Assembly: GCA_017960855.1 (NCBI GenBank)
Contig: JAGCYJ010000003.1
Coordinates: 4,686 to 68,685 of the forward strand
DNA from: Alphaproteobacteria bacterium
Lineage (GTDB): Bacteria > Pseudomonadota > Alphaproteobacteria > Rs-D84
Length of the DNA stretch: 64,000 bases
Direction of reading: 5' to 3'
The stretch's first letter is position 1; every line of letters begins with the position of its first letter. Of this stretch, positions 52,619 through 62,276 are shown in pieces. The translations under genes and the position numbers were made by a program. Under the pieces are notes generated by a model. The model saw only the letters and a list, made by a program, of their open reading frames with translations. It did not search any database and was not told where the DNA came from.

Positions 52619-53565
52619 TACAATGTGCCTTCGCAACGTTCAGCAGTATCAATAAGTTTCTTGGTCAATGTTATCAACGATATATTCAATCCTGTTTCAA
52701 CTGCGCCCGTTGCGATATTTGCCCCCGCCATAACATTTGCAGTTGTATTCAGTGCGTGTTCCTTCTTCTTTTCTTCACCGGTCAACGCATACTTGTTTCG
52801 TGCGTCCATGTATTTATCGCTGTTTGCGGCCGCACTGGTTCCTACACCAATACCACCAATCACTGTGCCCGCAATAGATGTTCCCATAACGCCCTTCATT
52901 CTGTTTTCTATTTTTTCTATATCATGAGTGTCTATCTTGTTGCACCAAGTGCTTACACCTCTTAAACGATTCACAATTGGATATTCCATTGGGTTTACCC
53001 CAGCGGCCTTTAATTGTATTTCAATATCAGGAATCGCTTGTACCATTTCATTACACGCGGTTATATGTTGAATCAAATCAGATTGATTTGTGTTTAACCC
53101 AGAAAGTATCGCAGATGCCAAATTTGTTCCAACTGTACCAGCCATTAAACCAGTACGCCAATTACCAAGTTTTTTTGATCTCTCAATTTTCTCCTGTAAT
53201 ACGGCAACATCTGCATATGGCTGCACAACTTTTTCATAAAATTCTTCTAAACTCATTGCACGAACCTTGTCGACATCAAAGGCGCCGTTTGCCTTCATAT
53301 TTTCAATGATATCCTCTATTTCTTTTTCCTCTTGCGATTTCTTGACCCCAGCATACAGCGCACCACCCGCTGCGACTGTTCCAACTGCGGTCACAGCAGT
53401 ATTCACCTTGGACACATTTGCAACCTTGGCGATTTCATCCGAAATACCTGAACAAACGATTCGTGTTGCTTCATAAACCTGTTCAGCATTTGCCACGACA
53501 TCCGCCGTATCTGCCATGGATACTATCGGGAACATACATAAGACCAATGCTAAAAGTTTTCTCAT
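52618..53565 (-). CDS. Secreted protein with four Gly/Ala/Thr-rich zipper segments, unknown function
   Basis: Signal peptide MRKLLALVLCMFPIVSMA. Segments VTAVGTVAAGGALYAGV, GLMAGTVGTNLASAIL, GTSIAGTVIGGIGVGTSAAA and VMAGANIATGAVETG are separated by charged helices. Confidence 0.5.
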   Translation of the reverse strand: MRKLLALVLCMFPIVSMADTADVVANAEQVYEATRIVCSGISDEIAKVANVSKVNTAVTAVGTVAAGGALYAGVKKSQEEKEIEDIIENMKANGAFDVDKVRAMSLEEFYEKVVQPYADVAVLQEKIERSKKLGNWRTGLMAGTVGTNLASAILSGLNTNQSDLIQHITACNEMVQAIPDIEIQLKAAGVNPMEYPIVNRLRGVSTWCNKIDTHDIEKIENRMKGVMGTSIAGTVIGGIGVGTSAAANSDKYMDARNKYALTGEEKKKEHALNTTANVMAGANIATGAVETGLNISLITLTKKLIDTAERCEGTL

Positions 53566-53574
53566 TTTTACTGC

Positions 53575-55191
53575 CTACTTCTTCAAATATTGAATTGGGT
53601 TATATGCCTTGGTTCCTTTACGAATCTCAAAGTGCAATTGTGGCTTATCAACCTTGCCCGTTTGACCGACGGTCCCGATTTTTTGACCGACATTCACCCG
53701 CGCCCCACGACGCACTGCCAGCGAATCCATATGTGCATACACCGTCATCCAACCATCAGAATGTTGAATAATTATCAAATTCCCCATGCCCTTGACTTCG
53801 TTGCCGGCATATGCCACAACACCATTTTCCGCTGCGCCAACCGCCGCACCACGCGACGCCGAGATATTTATACCATCGTTAAACAGTCCACCATTTTTAG
53901 CACCATAGTTTGATAATATTTTACCACGCACCGGCCACGAGAATTTTGATGAAGAACGTGCCGCAATTGCCGGTAATTTTTTCACTGCACCCGACGACTT
54001 TTTGTCATCCGCTTTTTTGGTTTCTGTTTGTTTCTTGGTCGTTTCTGTTTTTTTAGGTTCTGCTTTTTTAGTTTCTGTCTGTTTTGGCTTTGTATTTGTT
54101 GTTTCTGTTTTCGTTGTTGCCGGCTTTGTTGTAGTTGGTGTTGTTGCCTTGGCGGGTGCGGTTGTCGCCGTACGAACCGGTGCAGATGCCAAATTTGGAA
54201 CACGTACCACTTGACCCGCATACAATGCAAACGGTGGTGTCAAATTATTCATAACAGCCAAATCATTGACCGGCACAGAATACTGTCGCGACAAAGAATA
54301 CAGTGTATCGCCCGGGGTAATCTTAACCTCGGTCAAATCAACACGAGTCGTCGTGGCACGCACCGGCGTTGTTTGTTTCAAGGTTTCTTTTGTTTTAATT
54401 TCTTCTTTAACAATCGGCTTTGGTTCTTCCTTGACCGCTGGCTTTGGCTCTTCTTTGACCACAGGTTTTGGTTCTTCCTTCACAACGGGTTTTACCTCGG
54501 CTGGTTTTGTGACTGGTTTCGCCTCGGGTATTTTTGGGATTTCGGTCACGACCTGTTCCCGTGATGCACGAACAATCAACTTTTGCCCAACAGACAAATT
54601 GTATGGTTCAGACAAGTTGTTCAACCTTGCGATTTCATCAACCTTCATACCATACTTCGCACCAATCGCATACAATGTATCACCACGCGCGACCGTTATT
54701 TCGGTTTCGTCATGCCCACCATACATATACTTTGGAATGTTCAAAACATCATCAGTTGGTGTCCATGGGGTATCCGTTTCCACTTCGGCTTTTGGTTCTT
54801 CCTTTACCGGTTCAGGTTCTTCCACAACCCGATTACCAACGACCAATGTATCATCAACATTTGACTGTTCCGGGGCAACTGTCGTTGGTTCTTCTGTGGG
54901 TGCTTCTGGAACATCTTCTGGGGGTACAATATAGTCATCAACAGATGCATATAAAACATAATCGTCGGTTGTCACACCAGTACCGTATAATTCTGGCGCA
55001 GCATACACACCATAGTCCGTCGCAGCAGAATTATAAATCTCGGGCTGGGTCGTTGGGTCCGCCAACAAAGCCGGATATCGTGCGGTAATAAACTCACCCA
55101 CGGTATCTGGCAACGCGGTAATTTTAGGTTGCAAATCACACGCAACCAATCCCCCCGTTACAATCAACAAAAATGCTGACAATTTTCTCAC
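53575..55191 (-). CDS. LysM-domain lipoprotein with M23 peptidase domain (NlpD-like)
   Basis: GTG start and lipobox GGLVAC. Two LysM domains (GDTLYAIGAKYGMKVDEIARLNNL and GDTLYSLSRQYSVPVNDLAVMNNL). KPxVKEEP and T/K-rich low-complexity linkers. M23 C-terminus (GNLIIIQHSDGWMTVYAH...LHFEIR) with Asn in place of the first catalytic His (FNDGINI). Confidence 0.85.
   Translation of the reverse strand: MRKLSAFLLIVTGGLVACDLQPKITALPDTVGEFITARYPALLADPTTQPEIYNSAATDYGVYAAPELYGTGVTTDDYVLYASVDDYIVPPEDVPEAPTEEPTTVAPEQSNVDDTLVVGNRVVEEPEPVKEEPKAEVETDTPWTPTDDVLNIPKYMYGGHDETEITVARGDTLYAIGAKYGMKVDEIARLNNLSEPYNLSVGQKLIVRASREQVVTEIPKIPEAKPVTKPAEVKPVVKEEPKPVVKEEPKPAVKEEPKPIVKEEIKTKETLKQTTPVRATTTRVDLTEVKITPGDTLYSLSRQYSVPVNDLAVMNNLTPPFALYAGQVVRVPNLASAPVRTATTAPAKATTPTTTKPATTKTETTNTKPKQTETKKAEPKKTETTKKQTETKKADDKKSSGAVKKLPAIAARSSSKFSWPVRGKILSNYGAKNGGLFNDGINISASRGAAVGAAENGVVAYAGNEVKGMGNLIIIQHSDGWMTVYAHMDSLAVRRGARVNVGQKIGTVGQTGKVDKPQLHFEIRKGTKAYNPIQYLKK
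54392..54504 (-). repeat. About 4.5 copies of a 24-bp in-frame tandem repeat (KPxVKEEP) in the LysM/M23 gene
   Basis: Units GGCTTTGGTTCTTCCTTGACCGCT, GGCTTTGGCTCTTCTTTGACCACA and GGTTTTGGTTCTTCCTTCACAACG, plus partial units at each end. Confidence 0.8.
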
Positions 55192-55242
55192 GCCGTAATT
55201 ATATCACATTTTCGGCGTCAAATAAACAGTTATGCACAAAAA

Positions 55243-55950
55243 CTAGTCGCGTTTCATGAATAAAATACTGACTTCAAACAGAGCCCACAATGGCACCGCC
55301 AGCAATATCTGGGACACCACATCCGGCGGTGTCAAAACAGCCGCCGCAATCACAATTATTACAATCGCATAACGGCGCATTTTTACTGCATATTTTCGTG
55401 GCAATACGCCCAATCGGTTAAGCATAACCAGCACCAACGGCAATTGGAATGCCAATCCAAATACCTTTAACAAACCAATCGCAAAAGACAAATAATCACG
55501 CGCCACCGGCAATATCAGCGATGGCACCGGTGCCGACTCATTTAACTCTATAAAAAAGCGAAACACAAAAGGCATTAAAACATAGAATGCGAACCCTGCC
55601 CCAAGCGCAAACAAAATCGGCGACAAAATAATTATTGGAAAAATGAACCGCTGTTCTTTTTTCTTTAACCCCGGCGAAACATATGCCCATATATGCCACA
55701 AAGCAACCGGAATTATTATCATAAGCGCAACGACAAATGCCAACGATAATTGTATCATCAAACCATCGGTCAGACCAGAATACAACAACGCCCCATCTGG
55801 CCAAACATTAATCAATGGCGCGGTCAAAAAATCTTGAACAACTGGCGCAACACACCAACCAAAAACCAATGCACAAACAAATATCAAAAAGATCCATAAT
55901 ATACGGCGACGCAATTCGGCGAAATGTTGCATCATTGTCATTTTTTTCAT
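55243..55950 (-). CDS. tatC: Twin-arginine translocase subunit TatC
   Basis: HFAELRRRILW N-terminus and 6 TM helices. ATGA overlap with the upstream tatB-like gene. Confidence 0.9.
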   Translation of the reverse strand: MKKMTMMQHFAELRRRILWIFLIFVCALVFGWCVAPVVQDFLTAPLINVWPDGALLYSGLTDGLMIQLSLAFVVALMIIIPVALWHIWAYVSPGLKKKEQRFIFPIIILSPILFALGAGFAFYVLMPFVFRFFIELNESAPVPSLILPVARDYLSFAIGLLKVFGLAFQLPLVLVMLNRLGVLPRKYAVKMRRYAIVIIVIAAAVLTPPDVVSQILLAVPLWALFEVSILFMKRD

Positions 55951-56249
55951 TTCTTGCGCCCCGTTGTTTTTTTAGTTTTTACGGCTTTCCTTTTCACCAC
56001 TTTTCGTTTCGTAGAAAAGTCCGCCAAAATATCATCCGTGGTTGTTTTAATAAGTTCATCAATCGGACGTTCCAAATCAATTTGCGTTTTTATCTTTTCA
56101 GATGCATCTGTTATTTTCCATATGATGTCGCGAACGAATCGCACCACACGCGCCAAGAATCGCGCAACATCAGGCCACATACGGCTTGGGACGACCAAAA
56201 CAGCCACTAAAATGATAACTAAAAATTCGGGCCCACTTATACCGAACAT
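55947..56249 (-). CDS. tatB: Twin-arginine translocase TatA/TatB-family protein (TatB-like)
   Basis: MFGISGPEFLVIILVAVLVV TM helix plus an amphipathic helix and a basic tail. Confidence 0.75.
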   Translation of the reverse strand: MFGISGPEFLVIILVAVLVVPSRMWPDVARFLARVVRFVRDIIWKITDASEKIKTQIDLERPIDELIKTTTDDILADFSTKRKVVKRKAVKTKKTTGRKK

Positions 56250-56258
56250 ACGGTTCCT

Positions 56259-56873
56259 TTAATCATAGAAATCGTCGCCATTGCTGGTATTAACCGTTTT
56301 ATGACGTTGAATTTGGAAATAATCTTTGCCGAAATTGGTCTTGGTTTTCATATTATGAAACGCAACATCTGTCTTGGCACCCGTCGCATCAACAACCGAC
56401 CAAGAATTTAATTTCACAGGTTTGTTATCAAACACAACCGTCATGTTGCCCAAACCTTCTTGCCCACGCAAATTCATCTTTAATGAAAATGTATTTGGTC
56501 CTTCGCTTGTTTCAACAACACGAATATCTGCATTGCGTAAATCGATATTTTTACGAATCAGAATACCCGCCGGTGTACTGGCTAATGGTACCGTCGTAAT
56601 TTGATCCAATGATTTATCAAAGAAATATAAATCTTTGCCATCCGCAATCAGTTGTACCGGCATCTCATTATAATCTAAACGAACGCGTCCTGGACGCAAC
56701 ATTGAAAATGTCCCCTTGTCCACACGCGCCCCAGATGTTTGCACGAAATCACCAGCAAGCCCCGTTATACTGTTTAAATATTTTTCTGCGCGACTAACCA
56801 ATGCCGTATCCACCGCCGCATACGATATACTTGATACAAACAAAGACAAAATAAACATAAATATTTTTTTCAT
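56259..56873 (-). CDS. lolA: Outer-membrane lipoprotein carrier LolA-like protein
   Basis: Signal peptide. LAGDFVQTS...GTFSMLRPGRVRLDY...DGKDLYFFD matches the LolA pattern. Confidence 0.75.
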   Translation of the reverse strand: MKKIFMFILSLFVSSISYAAVDTALVSRAEKYLNSITGLAGDFVQTSGARVDKGTFSMLRPGRVRLDYNEMPVQLIADGKDLYFFDKSLDQITTVPLASTPAGILIRKNIDLRNADIRVVETSEGPNTFSLKMNLRGQEGLGNMTVVFDNKPVKLNSWSVVDATGAKTDVAFHNMKTKTNFGKDYFQIQRHKTVNTSNGDDFYD

Positions 56874-56876
56874 TTT

Positions 56877-57830
56877 CTACATTCCCTTGAACGCTTCTAT
56901 TATTCTTGCATGAACGTTTTCCAATGTGTCACCACGCACAACCGCGCCTGCGGCACGTTCATGTCCCCCACCCCCAAATGACGCAGCAATACCATCAATC
57001 GCGGCACCGCGACTGCGTATAGATATGCCGATTTGAGTTTCTTTTTGTTCCTTTAATAAAACGATATATTCAACACCCTTGATTTGTCCCAATATATTCA
57101 ACAGCATTTCGCCACGACCGTCCATGTCGCGATAATCACGACGACTAATTGTGGCAACCGCCAAACGATTGCGATAGAAAAACTCTGCATTAGCCACAGC
57201 CGCCGCTTCGACCAAAACTGCCTTGCGTGGTTTATTATTCATCAATTCAATCAAGCGATTTATATAAACACCCTTATTCACCAAGTCCGCCATCACCGTC
57301 AACGCTTCACCTGTTTGTGTGAACTTAAAGTTTCCGGTGTCCGTCAAAATTGCAATTGCCAACAAGTCGCGAATATCTGCATCATCACGCCAACCGACCG
57401 TTTGCATAATACGATATAAAATTATTGCGGTTGCTTCGGCTGTATCATCATTAAGACACAAGTCGGCAATCGGTTTATCATTTTTATGGTGATCTATTTC
57501 TATCACGAACTTGGCTTTTTTTACCATCTCCAACGGACCGCCAACTTGATGTTCTGCGCCATAGTCCAACACAATCGCAACATCAAATGTTTTTTTCGCA
57601 CTTACTTTATCCCAATAAAGTGCTTTATCGCGCAACGGAATATTGTCCAAATAGTCAGGTGCATTTCCGTCATAAACGCAAACACATTTCGCATGATAAT
57701 TTTTTTCAATCAATCGCGCCATTGCCAAAACACTGCACAGCGCATCACCGTCTGGGTTTTTATGTGCCAAGACAAGGACGCTTTTTGCATCACGTAATTT
57801 TTCAGTAAAAAGTTTTATATTCTTGTTCAT
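56877..57830 (-). CDS. DHH/DHHA1 phosphoesterase (NrnA-like oligoribonuclease / pAp phosphatase)
   Basis: Motifs HKNPDGDALCS, DHH (EIDHHKN) and GGGHERAAG. Confidence 0.8.
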   Translation of the reverse strand: MNKNIKLFTEKLRDAKSVLVLAHKNPDGDALCSVLAMARLIEKNYHAKCVCVYDGNAPDYLDNIPLRDKALYWDKVSAKKTFDVAIVLDYGAEHQVGGPLEMVKKAKFVIEIDHHKNDKPIADLCLNDDTAEATAIILYRIMQTVGWRDDADIRDLLAIAILTDTGNFKFTQTGEALTVMADLVNKGVYINRLIELMNNKPRKAVLVEAAAVANAEFFYRNRLAVATISRRDYRDMDGRGEMLLNILGQIKGVEYIVLLKEQKETQIGISIRSRGAAIDGIAASFGGGGHERAAGAVVRGDTLENVHARIIEAFKGM

Positions 57831-59620
57831 TATTCCAGCGCAATATCTTCTATTGTGAACTGGGGCGACACGCGTCCGTTATACTCGTTTTTCTTTAACT
57901 TACCCAACAATGTTATTTTAGTGTTTGTATTCGCATCGTCCAGTAAAAAATTACCGACCGGCGTTCCAACCAAATTAAAGCCAACAAATGACAAATTGTT
58001 TCCGCGTGCCGTTGATACGTTTCCACGCAAATGCGCACCATTACCCATAACAGATGCAAACCGCAACATTGCACCATGCAGCACCAATGTCGGTTCTGGG
58101 TTTCCTTGACCAAACGGTTCAAGAACAGCCAACCGGTCAATCAAATCCAGCGTTGCACCACTGGCGTCTATTTCGGCATCAACCAATATCTCCGCCTTGG
58201 GCGAATTACCGTTTAATTGTTCCCGAACTGCTTTTTCCAAGAATTCACAAAAAGCCCCCTGTTTTTCCTCAACCAACGAAAAACCCGCCGCCGCCGCGTG
58301 TCCGCCACCCTCGCTTAAAATGCCGGCCGCTAATGCTTGATGAATAATATGTCCTAAATCAATTCCGGCAATTGAACGACCAGAACCATTTATAACCCCT
58401 TCGCCTTTTGTTGCGACACATGTTGGCAAGTTATATCTGTCCTTTAATCGTCCGGCGATAATTCCCATAACACCACCATGCCAACCATCACCACAAACAA
58501 ATAAACTGCACTTACCATCCGCACAACATTTGTCCGCCATTTCGGTTGCACGCAACATAATCGCGTTTTGAATATCAATTCGTTCGCGATTCATTTCGTT
58601 TAATTGGCTCGCTAAATCAGATGCAATCAGCGGATTATCAGTCAATAAAAGTTCCAGTGCCGGCGCCGCAGAATCTAATCGACCCGCCGCATTCAAACGC
58701 GGTCCCAGTGCAAAACCAGCGGTATAAACCGACGCATGTTTAATTTCTGCGACATCCATTAACACACGCAACCCCAGATTTTGCCGACGTTCCAATGCCT
58801 GTAATCCCGTTGCAACAAATGCACGATTAAGTCCAATTAACGGCATAGTGTCGCATATTGTTCCCAAGGCAACCATATCCAAATACGAACTGGGGTTTAT
58901 GGCATCTATCTTTTCACGCAAATCGGAATCTATATCACGCGACCGCAATTCACGACGCAATGCAACAAGCGTCATAAAGGCAACCCCTACACCCGCCATG
59001 TATGACAACCCAGATGTATCATCGCTGCGCTTTGGATTAACCACCGCATCCGCGGATGGTAAAACATCATCTGGTGAATGATGGTCAGTTACCACAACTT
59101 TAAGACCGTGTTCTTTTGCATAGGCAACTTCTTCCACACCACTTATACCGCAATCAACGGTTACTACTAACTTTACATTGTTCGCGATAATGTCATCAAT
59201 GGCACTAATGTTTAATCCATACCCTTCACCTTCACGCGTTGGCAGGTGCCATATTACATCACACCCCAAACCACGCAAATACTTAACCAGCACCGCGGTT
59301 GATGTAACTCCATCAACATCATAATCACCATAGATTGCAATTTTATCATGTGCCAAAATTGCATCGGCAATTACACGCGCCGCAACATCCATATCTTTTA
59401 ATGTGGACGGATCCGGCATATTGTTTTTGATACTGGGATTCAGGAAATGCAAAACATCATCAGGCGACGTCAGACCGCGCTGTGCCAAAATCTTTTCTAC
59501 CAAATGGTCGGTTGCATACGCATTGTTGTCAGAATCTTCACTACCATCCACAACCCATGCCCGACCGAGCACGGATTTTTCAACTATCTTTCTCACGCTA
59601 TACTCTTTTTTTATTATCAA
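57830..59620 (-). CDS. recJ: Single-stranded-DNA-specific exonuclease RecJ
   Basis: DHH-family motifs IYGDYDVDGVTS, VTVDCG, VVTDHH and GGGHAAAAG, with an OB-fold C-terminus. The start is uncertain: TTG at 59620 or GTG at 59596. Confidence 0.9.
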   Translation of the reverse strand: MIIKKEYSVRKIVEKSVLGRAWVVDGSEDSDNNAYATDHLVEKILAQRGLTSPDDVLHFLNPSIKNNMPDPSTLKDMDVAARVIADAILAHDKIAIYGDYDVDGVTSTAVLVKYLRGLGCDVIWHLPTREGEGYGLNISAIDDIIANNVKLVVTVDCGISGVEEVAYAKEHGLKVVVTDHHSPDDVLPSADAVVNPKRSDDTSGLSYMAGVGVAFMTLVALRRELRSRDIDSDLREKIDAINPSSYLDMVALGTICDTMPLIGLNRAFVATGLQALERRQNLGLRVLMDVAEIKHASVYTAGFALGPRLNAAGRLDSAAPALELLLTDNPLIASDLASQLNEMNRERIDIQNAIMLRATEMADKCCADGKCSLFVCGDGWHGGVMGIIAGRLKDRYNLPTCVATKGEGVINGSGRSIAGIDLGHIIHQALAAGILSEGGGHAAAAGFSLVEEKQGAFCEFLEKAVREQLNGNSPKAEILVDAEIDASGATLDLIDRLAVLEPFGQGNPEPTLVLHGAMLRFASVMGNGAHLRGNVSTARGNNLSFVGFNLVGTPVGNFLLDDANTNTKITLLGKLKKNEYNGRVSPQFTIEDIALE

Positions 59621-59638
59621 GAGTATTATAAACGAAAA

Positions 59639-61270
59639 TTATTCAAATAGCAATGGCAGTATTCTGCTCATAATTTTTCCGGCTGTTGGCACCGCATTCC
59701 AAGCAGATGTCCGCAGGTTCCAAGTTTCCTTGATTCCCTTTGGTTCGTCCAAAATCACCAACAAAATGTATTGTGGCGCATCCGCGGGGAATATTCCCAC
59801 AAAAGCCGTCTGATTACGTTTCTTATCGTTTGTCCCAGATATATATTTTTCTGCGGTTCCTGTTTTACCACCAATTTTAAACCCAGGAACACGTGCGTTT
59901 CGCCCACTGGTTTCTTCAACGACACCAAACATTATTTCACGCAATTTAGCAGAAATCTCTTCATCCAAAACACGTTCACCCCGAACCGCCCCAATGCTGC
60001 GTTTTTGTAATGTTGGATAAATATAGATTCCACCATTTGTCATGGCATTAACCGCCAACAGCAAGTGCATCGGGGTCACCGAAATACCATGACCAAATGA
60101 CACCGTTGCGCGTTCCACCGGTCCCCATTTGCGTGGCATCAATGGCTTTTCTGTTTTTCCGAATTCCAAATCTAACTTTTCATCCAAGTGCAAACGATGG
60201 AAAAATTCTTCCTGGGTTCCATCAGGCAAATCCAGTGCAATTTGTGCACTGCCGACATTGCAAGAATGCAACATTATTTCTTCAACCGACATTGTTGGCG
60301 TCTTGGGTCTGAATGTTGCGACATCGGTAATACGTGTTGCGACACGCCCCCTTCTATCTAATATCGGATACGGTTTATTTATCACATATTTTTTATTAAT
60401 GTGATTTTCCATTGCCATCGCAGTATTAAATATTTTGAACACAGAACCCATTTCAAACACACCACGCAACGGCTTGAATAAATGATTTGATTCTGGATCC
60501 AGATTTCTATTTTCAGGATCAAAGTCGGGCAACGATACCATTGCCAACATTTCGCCAGTGCGCGAATTCATCAACAACCCCATCGCACCTTTGGCCTCAT
60601 ACTTCTGCATCGCAATTGATAATTGTTCATAGAACGCCATTTGAATTCTTGTATCCAACGACAACCGCAACGGATCTATATTTTCGTCCAAGTAATCATC
60701 AAAGATACGTTCCGCCCCTTCAAGCCCGTGACCATCTTCACCAACAAAACCAACAACATGTGAAAACAATCTGTGCTTTGGATACTTACGCATTTGAACA
60801 CGTTTAACATCCAACCCATCTATTCGTGCGGCACGCAACGGTTTGCATTGTCCATCTGGCAAATTCTTTGCCAACAACTTGTATCTTGTCGTATTCTGAA
60901 CAAGATTTACAGCATCTGCCAAAGAATACTTATATGGTAAAACTTCGTGTAATAATTGGGCGGCACGTTCTTTATTCTTTTCAGCCAAACGCGATGGCAC
61001 CAACGCAACATCACAAGAAGCAATATTCTTTGCCAGAATATCAGTTCCGTTTCTATCAACAATATCTGCACGCGACACATTCCAATCGCCACTTGCCCGT
61101 GCACGATTTTCATCAGATCCAGCAAACCCCAAGAACAATGTTTTTACAACAAACAACACAAACAACGTGCAGAAAAACCCCAGCACTACGGCCATACGCC
61201 CCTTGCTGTTGTGCGCAGATTTCACATCATTTGAACCGTGTTTAAAAATATCATGACCAACTTCAAACAT
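59639..61270 (-). CDS. ftsI: Peptidoglycan D,D-transpeptidase FtsI (PBP3-type class B PBP)
   Basis: N-terminal TM anchor. Motifs SVFK, SCN and KTGT. Confidence 0.85.
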   Translation of the reverse strand: MFEVGHDIFKHGSNDVKSAHNSKGRMAVVLGFFCTLFVLFVVKTLFLGFAGSDENRARASGDWNVSRADIVDRNGTDILAKNIASCDVALVPSRLAEKNKERAAQLLHEVLPYKYSLADAVNLVQNTTRYKLLAKNLPDGQCKPLRAARIDGLDVKRVQMRKYPKHRLFSHVVGFVGEDGHGLEGAERIFDDYLDENIDPLRLSLDTRIQMAFYEQLSIAMQKYEAKGAMGLLMNSRTGEMLAMVSLPDFDPENRNLDPESNHLFKPLRGVFEMGSVFKIFNTAMAMENHINKKYVINKPYPILDRRGRVATRITDVATFRPKTPTMSVEEIMLHSCNVGSAQIALDLPDGTQEEFFHRLHLDEKLDLEFGKTEKPLMPRKWGPVERATVSFGHGISVTPMHLLLAVNAMTNGGIYIYPTLQKRSIGAVRGERVLDEEISAKLREIMFGVVEETSGRNARVPGFKIGGKTGTAEKYISGTNDKKRNQTAFVGIFPADAPQYILLVILDEPKGIKETWNLRTSAWNAVPTAGKIMSRILPLLFE

Positions 61271-61557
61271 TATTTACGTTCCGGCAACTCGTTTATTGAA
61301 ATATTTTTTTGGAAACCGACTGTTTCCGCTTTTGGGTTTATCAACTTTACAACACTGCCTAAAATTTCGGGACGAACATAAGCGGCAAAATCTGTTTCTG
61401 CCACAGCAATATTTTGTTTAGTTTGGATAATGTCTGCACGCACATGATTCAGCACACGATTTTGGGTTCGATAACACACCTGTAATATAACGGTCAACAC
61501 CGCCATTATCATCAACGACCATACCCCAATTTGAAACATTTTCTCGTCTTCGTTCAT
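61270..61557 (-). CDS. ftsL: Cell-division protein FtsL
   Basis: 95 aa bitopic protein (WSLMIMAVLTVILQV) with a short coiled coil. Its stop overlaps the ftsI start by 1 nt. Confidence 0.7.
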   Translation of the reverse strand: MNEDEKMFQIGVWSLMIMAVLTVILQVCYRTQNRVLNHVRADIIQTKQNIAVAETDFAAYVRPEILGSVVKLINPKAETVGFQKNISINELPERK

Positions 61558-61593
61558 ATCCCACCAACTTTGATTTTATTCTTAATAAGTTTA

Positions 61594-61968
61594 TCACAAA
61601 TTATTCAAAAAGCGAATCATTGAATTCACCCCGTTTAAACGCCCTGCCCCCAGATTCAAATTCAGCGATAAAAACTCTTTTTGAAGATCCATTTTCTTTA
61701 TCTGCCCTGGGGTTTTACCATCAACCATGGCAATCATTATCGCAACAATTCCAGAAACAAGTGCCGAATCGGCATTACCATAAAACCGGTTTCCTTTGTG
61801 GCATATTTCAACGCGTGATGCACAACCGGATATTTCACTGCATACGGCATCCTTTGGCGCAGATGGCAAATCTTTGCCCAATTCCATAACCAGTTCCAGT
61901 TTTTCCACCGGGTCTGTTATCACAGATAAAATGTTTTTCATTTCATCAAATGTCATCTGTATTACCAA
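61594..61968 (-). CDS. sufE: Cysteine desulfuration protein SufE
   Basis: ISGCASRVEI active-site Cys motif. 124 aa. Confidence 0.8.
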   Translation of the reverse strand: MVIQMTFDEMKNILSVITDPVEKLELVMELGKDLPSAPKDAVCSEISGCASRVEICHKGNRFYGNADSALVSGIVAIMIAMVDGKTPGQIKKMDLQKEFLSLNLNLGAGRLNGVNSMIRFLNNL

Positions 61969-62276
61969 CCCATTTCTGTTAAATCCAGTTCAACACGCGC
62001 GGCATCTGACATCATGGAAACATTCCATGGTGGATCCCACACCAATTCCACACGCACCGGCATTCCATGTGCAACGGACGATACAGTATTTTTAACCTGT
62101 GCTAAAATCTCTTCCATTAATGGACATGTGGGACTGGTAAAGGTCATCGTTATAACAACTTCATTTTTTTTAATTTCTATACTATACACCAACCCAAGTT
62201 CCCAAATATCAACGGGAATTTCTGGGTCATATACCGTCTTCAATGCACCAATAATATCTTCGCGACTTGTGGTCAT
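61962..62276 (-). CDS. sufT: DUF59 / SufT-like Fe-S assembly protein
   Basis: VYDPEIPVDIWELGLVY and TFTSPTCP motifs of the MIP18/DUF59 family. Confidence 0.8.
   Translation of the reverse strand: MTTSREDIIGALKTVYDPEIPVDIWELGLVYSIEIKKNEVVITMTFTSPTCPLMEEILAQVKNTVSSVAHGMPVRVELVWDPPWNVSMMSDAARVELDLTEMGW

Noticed and set aside
54002-55088. Several plus-strand ORFs (70-222 aa) with F/C/G/S-rich repeats
   Set aside because: They are antisense reading of the K/E/P/T low-complexity linkers of the LysM/M23 gene. Repeats keep frames open on both strands.
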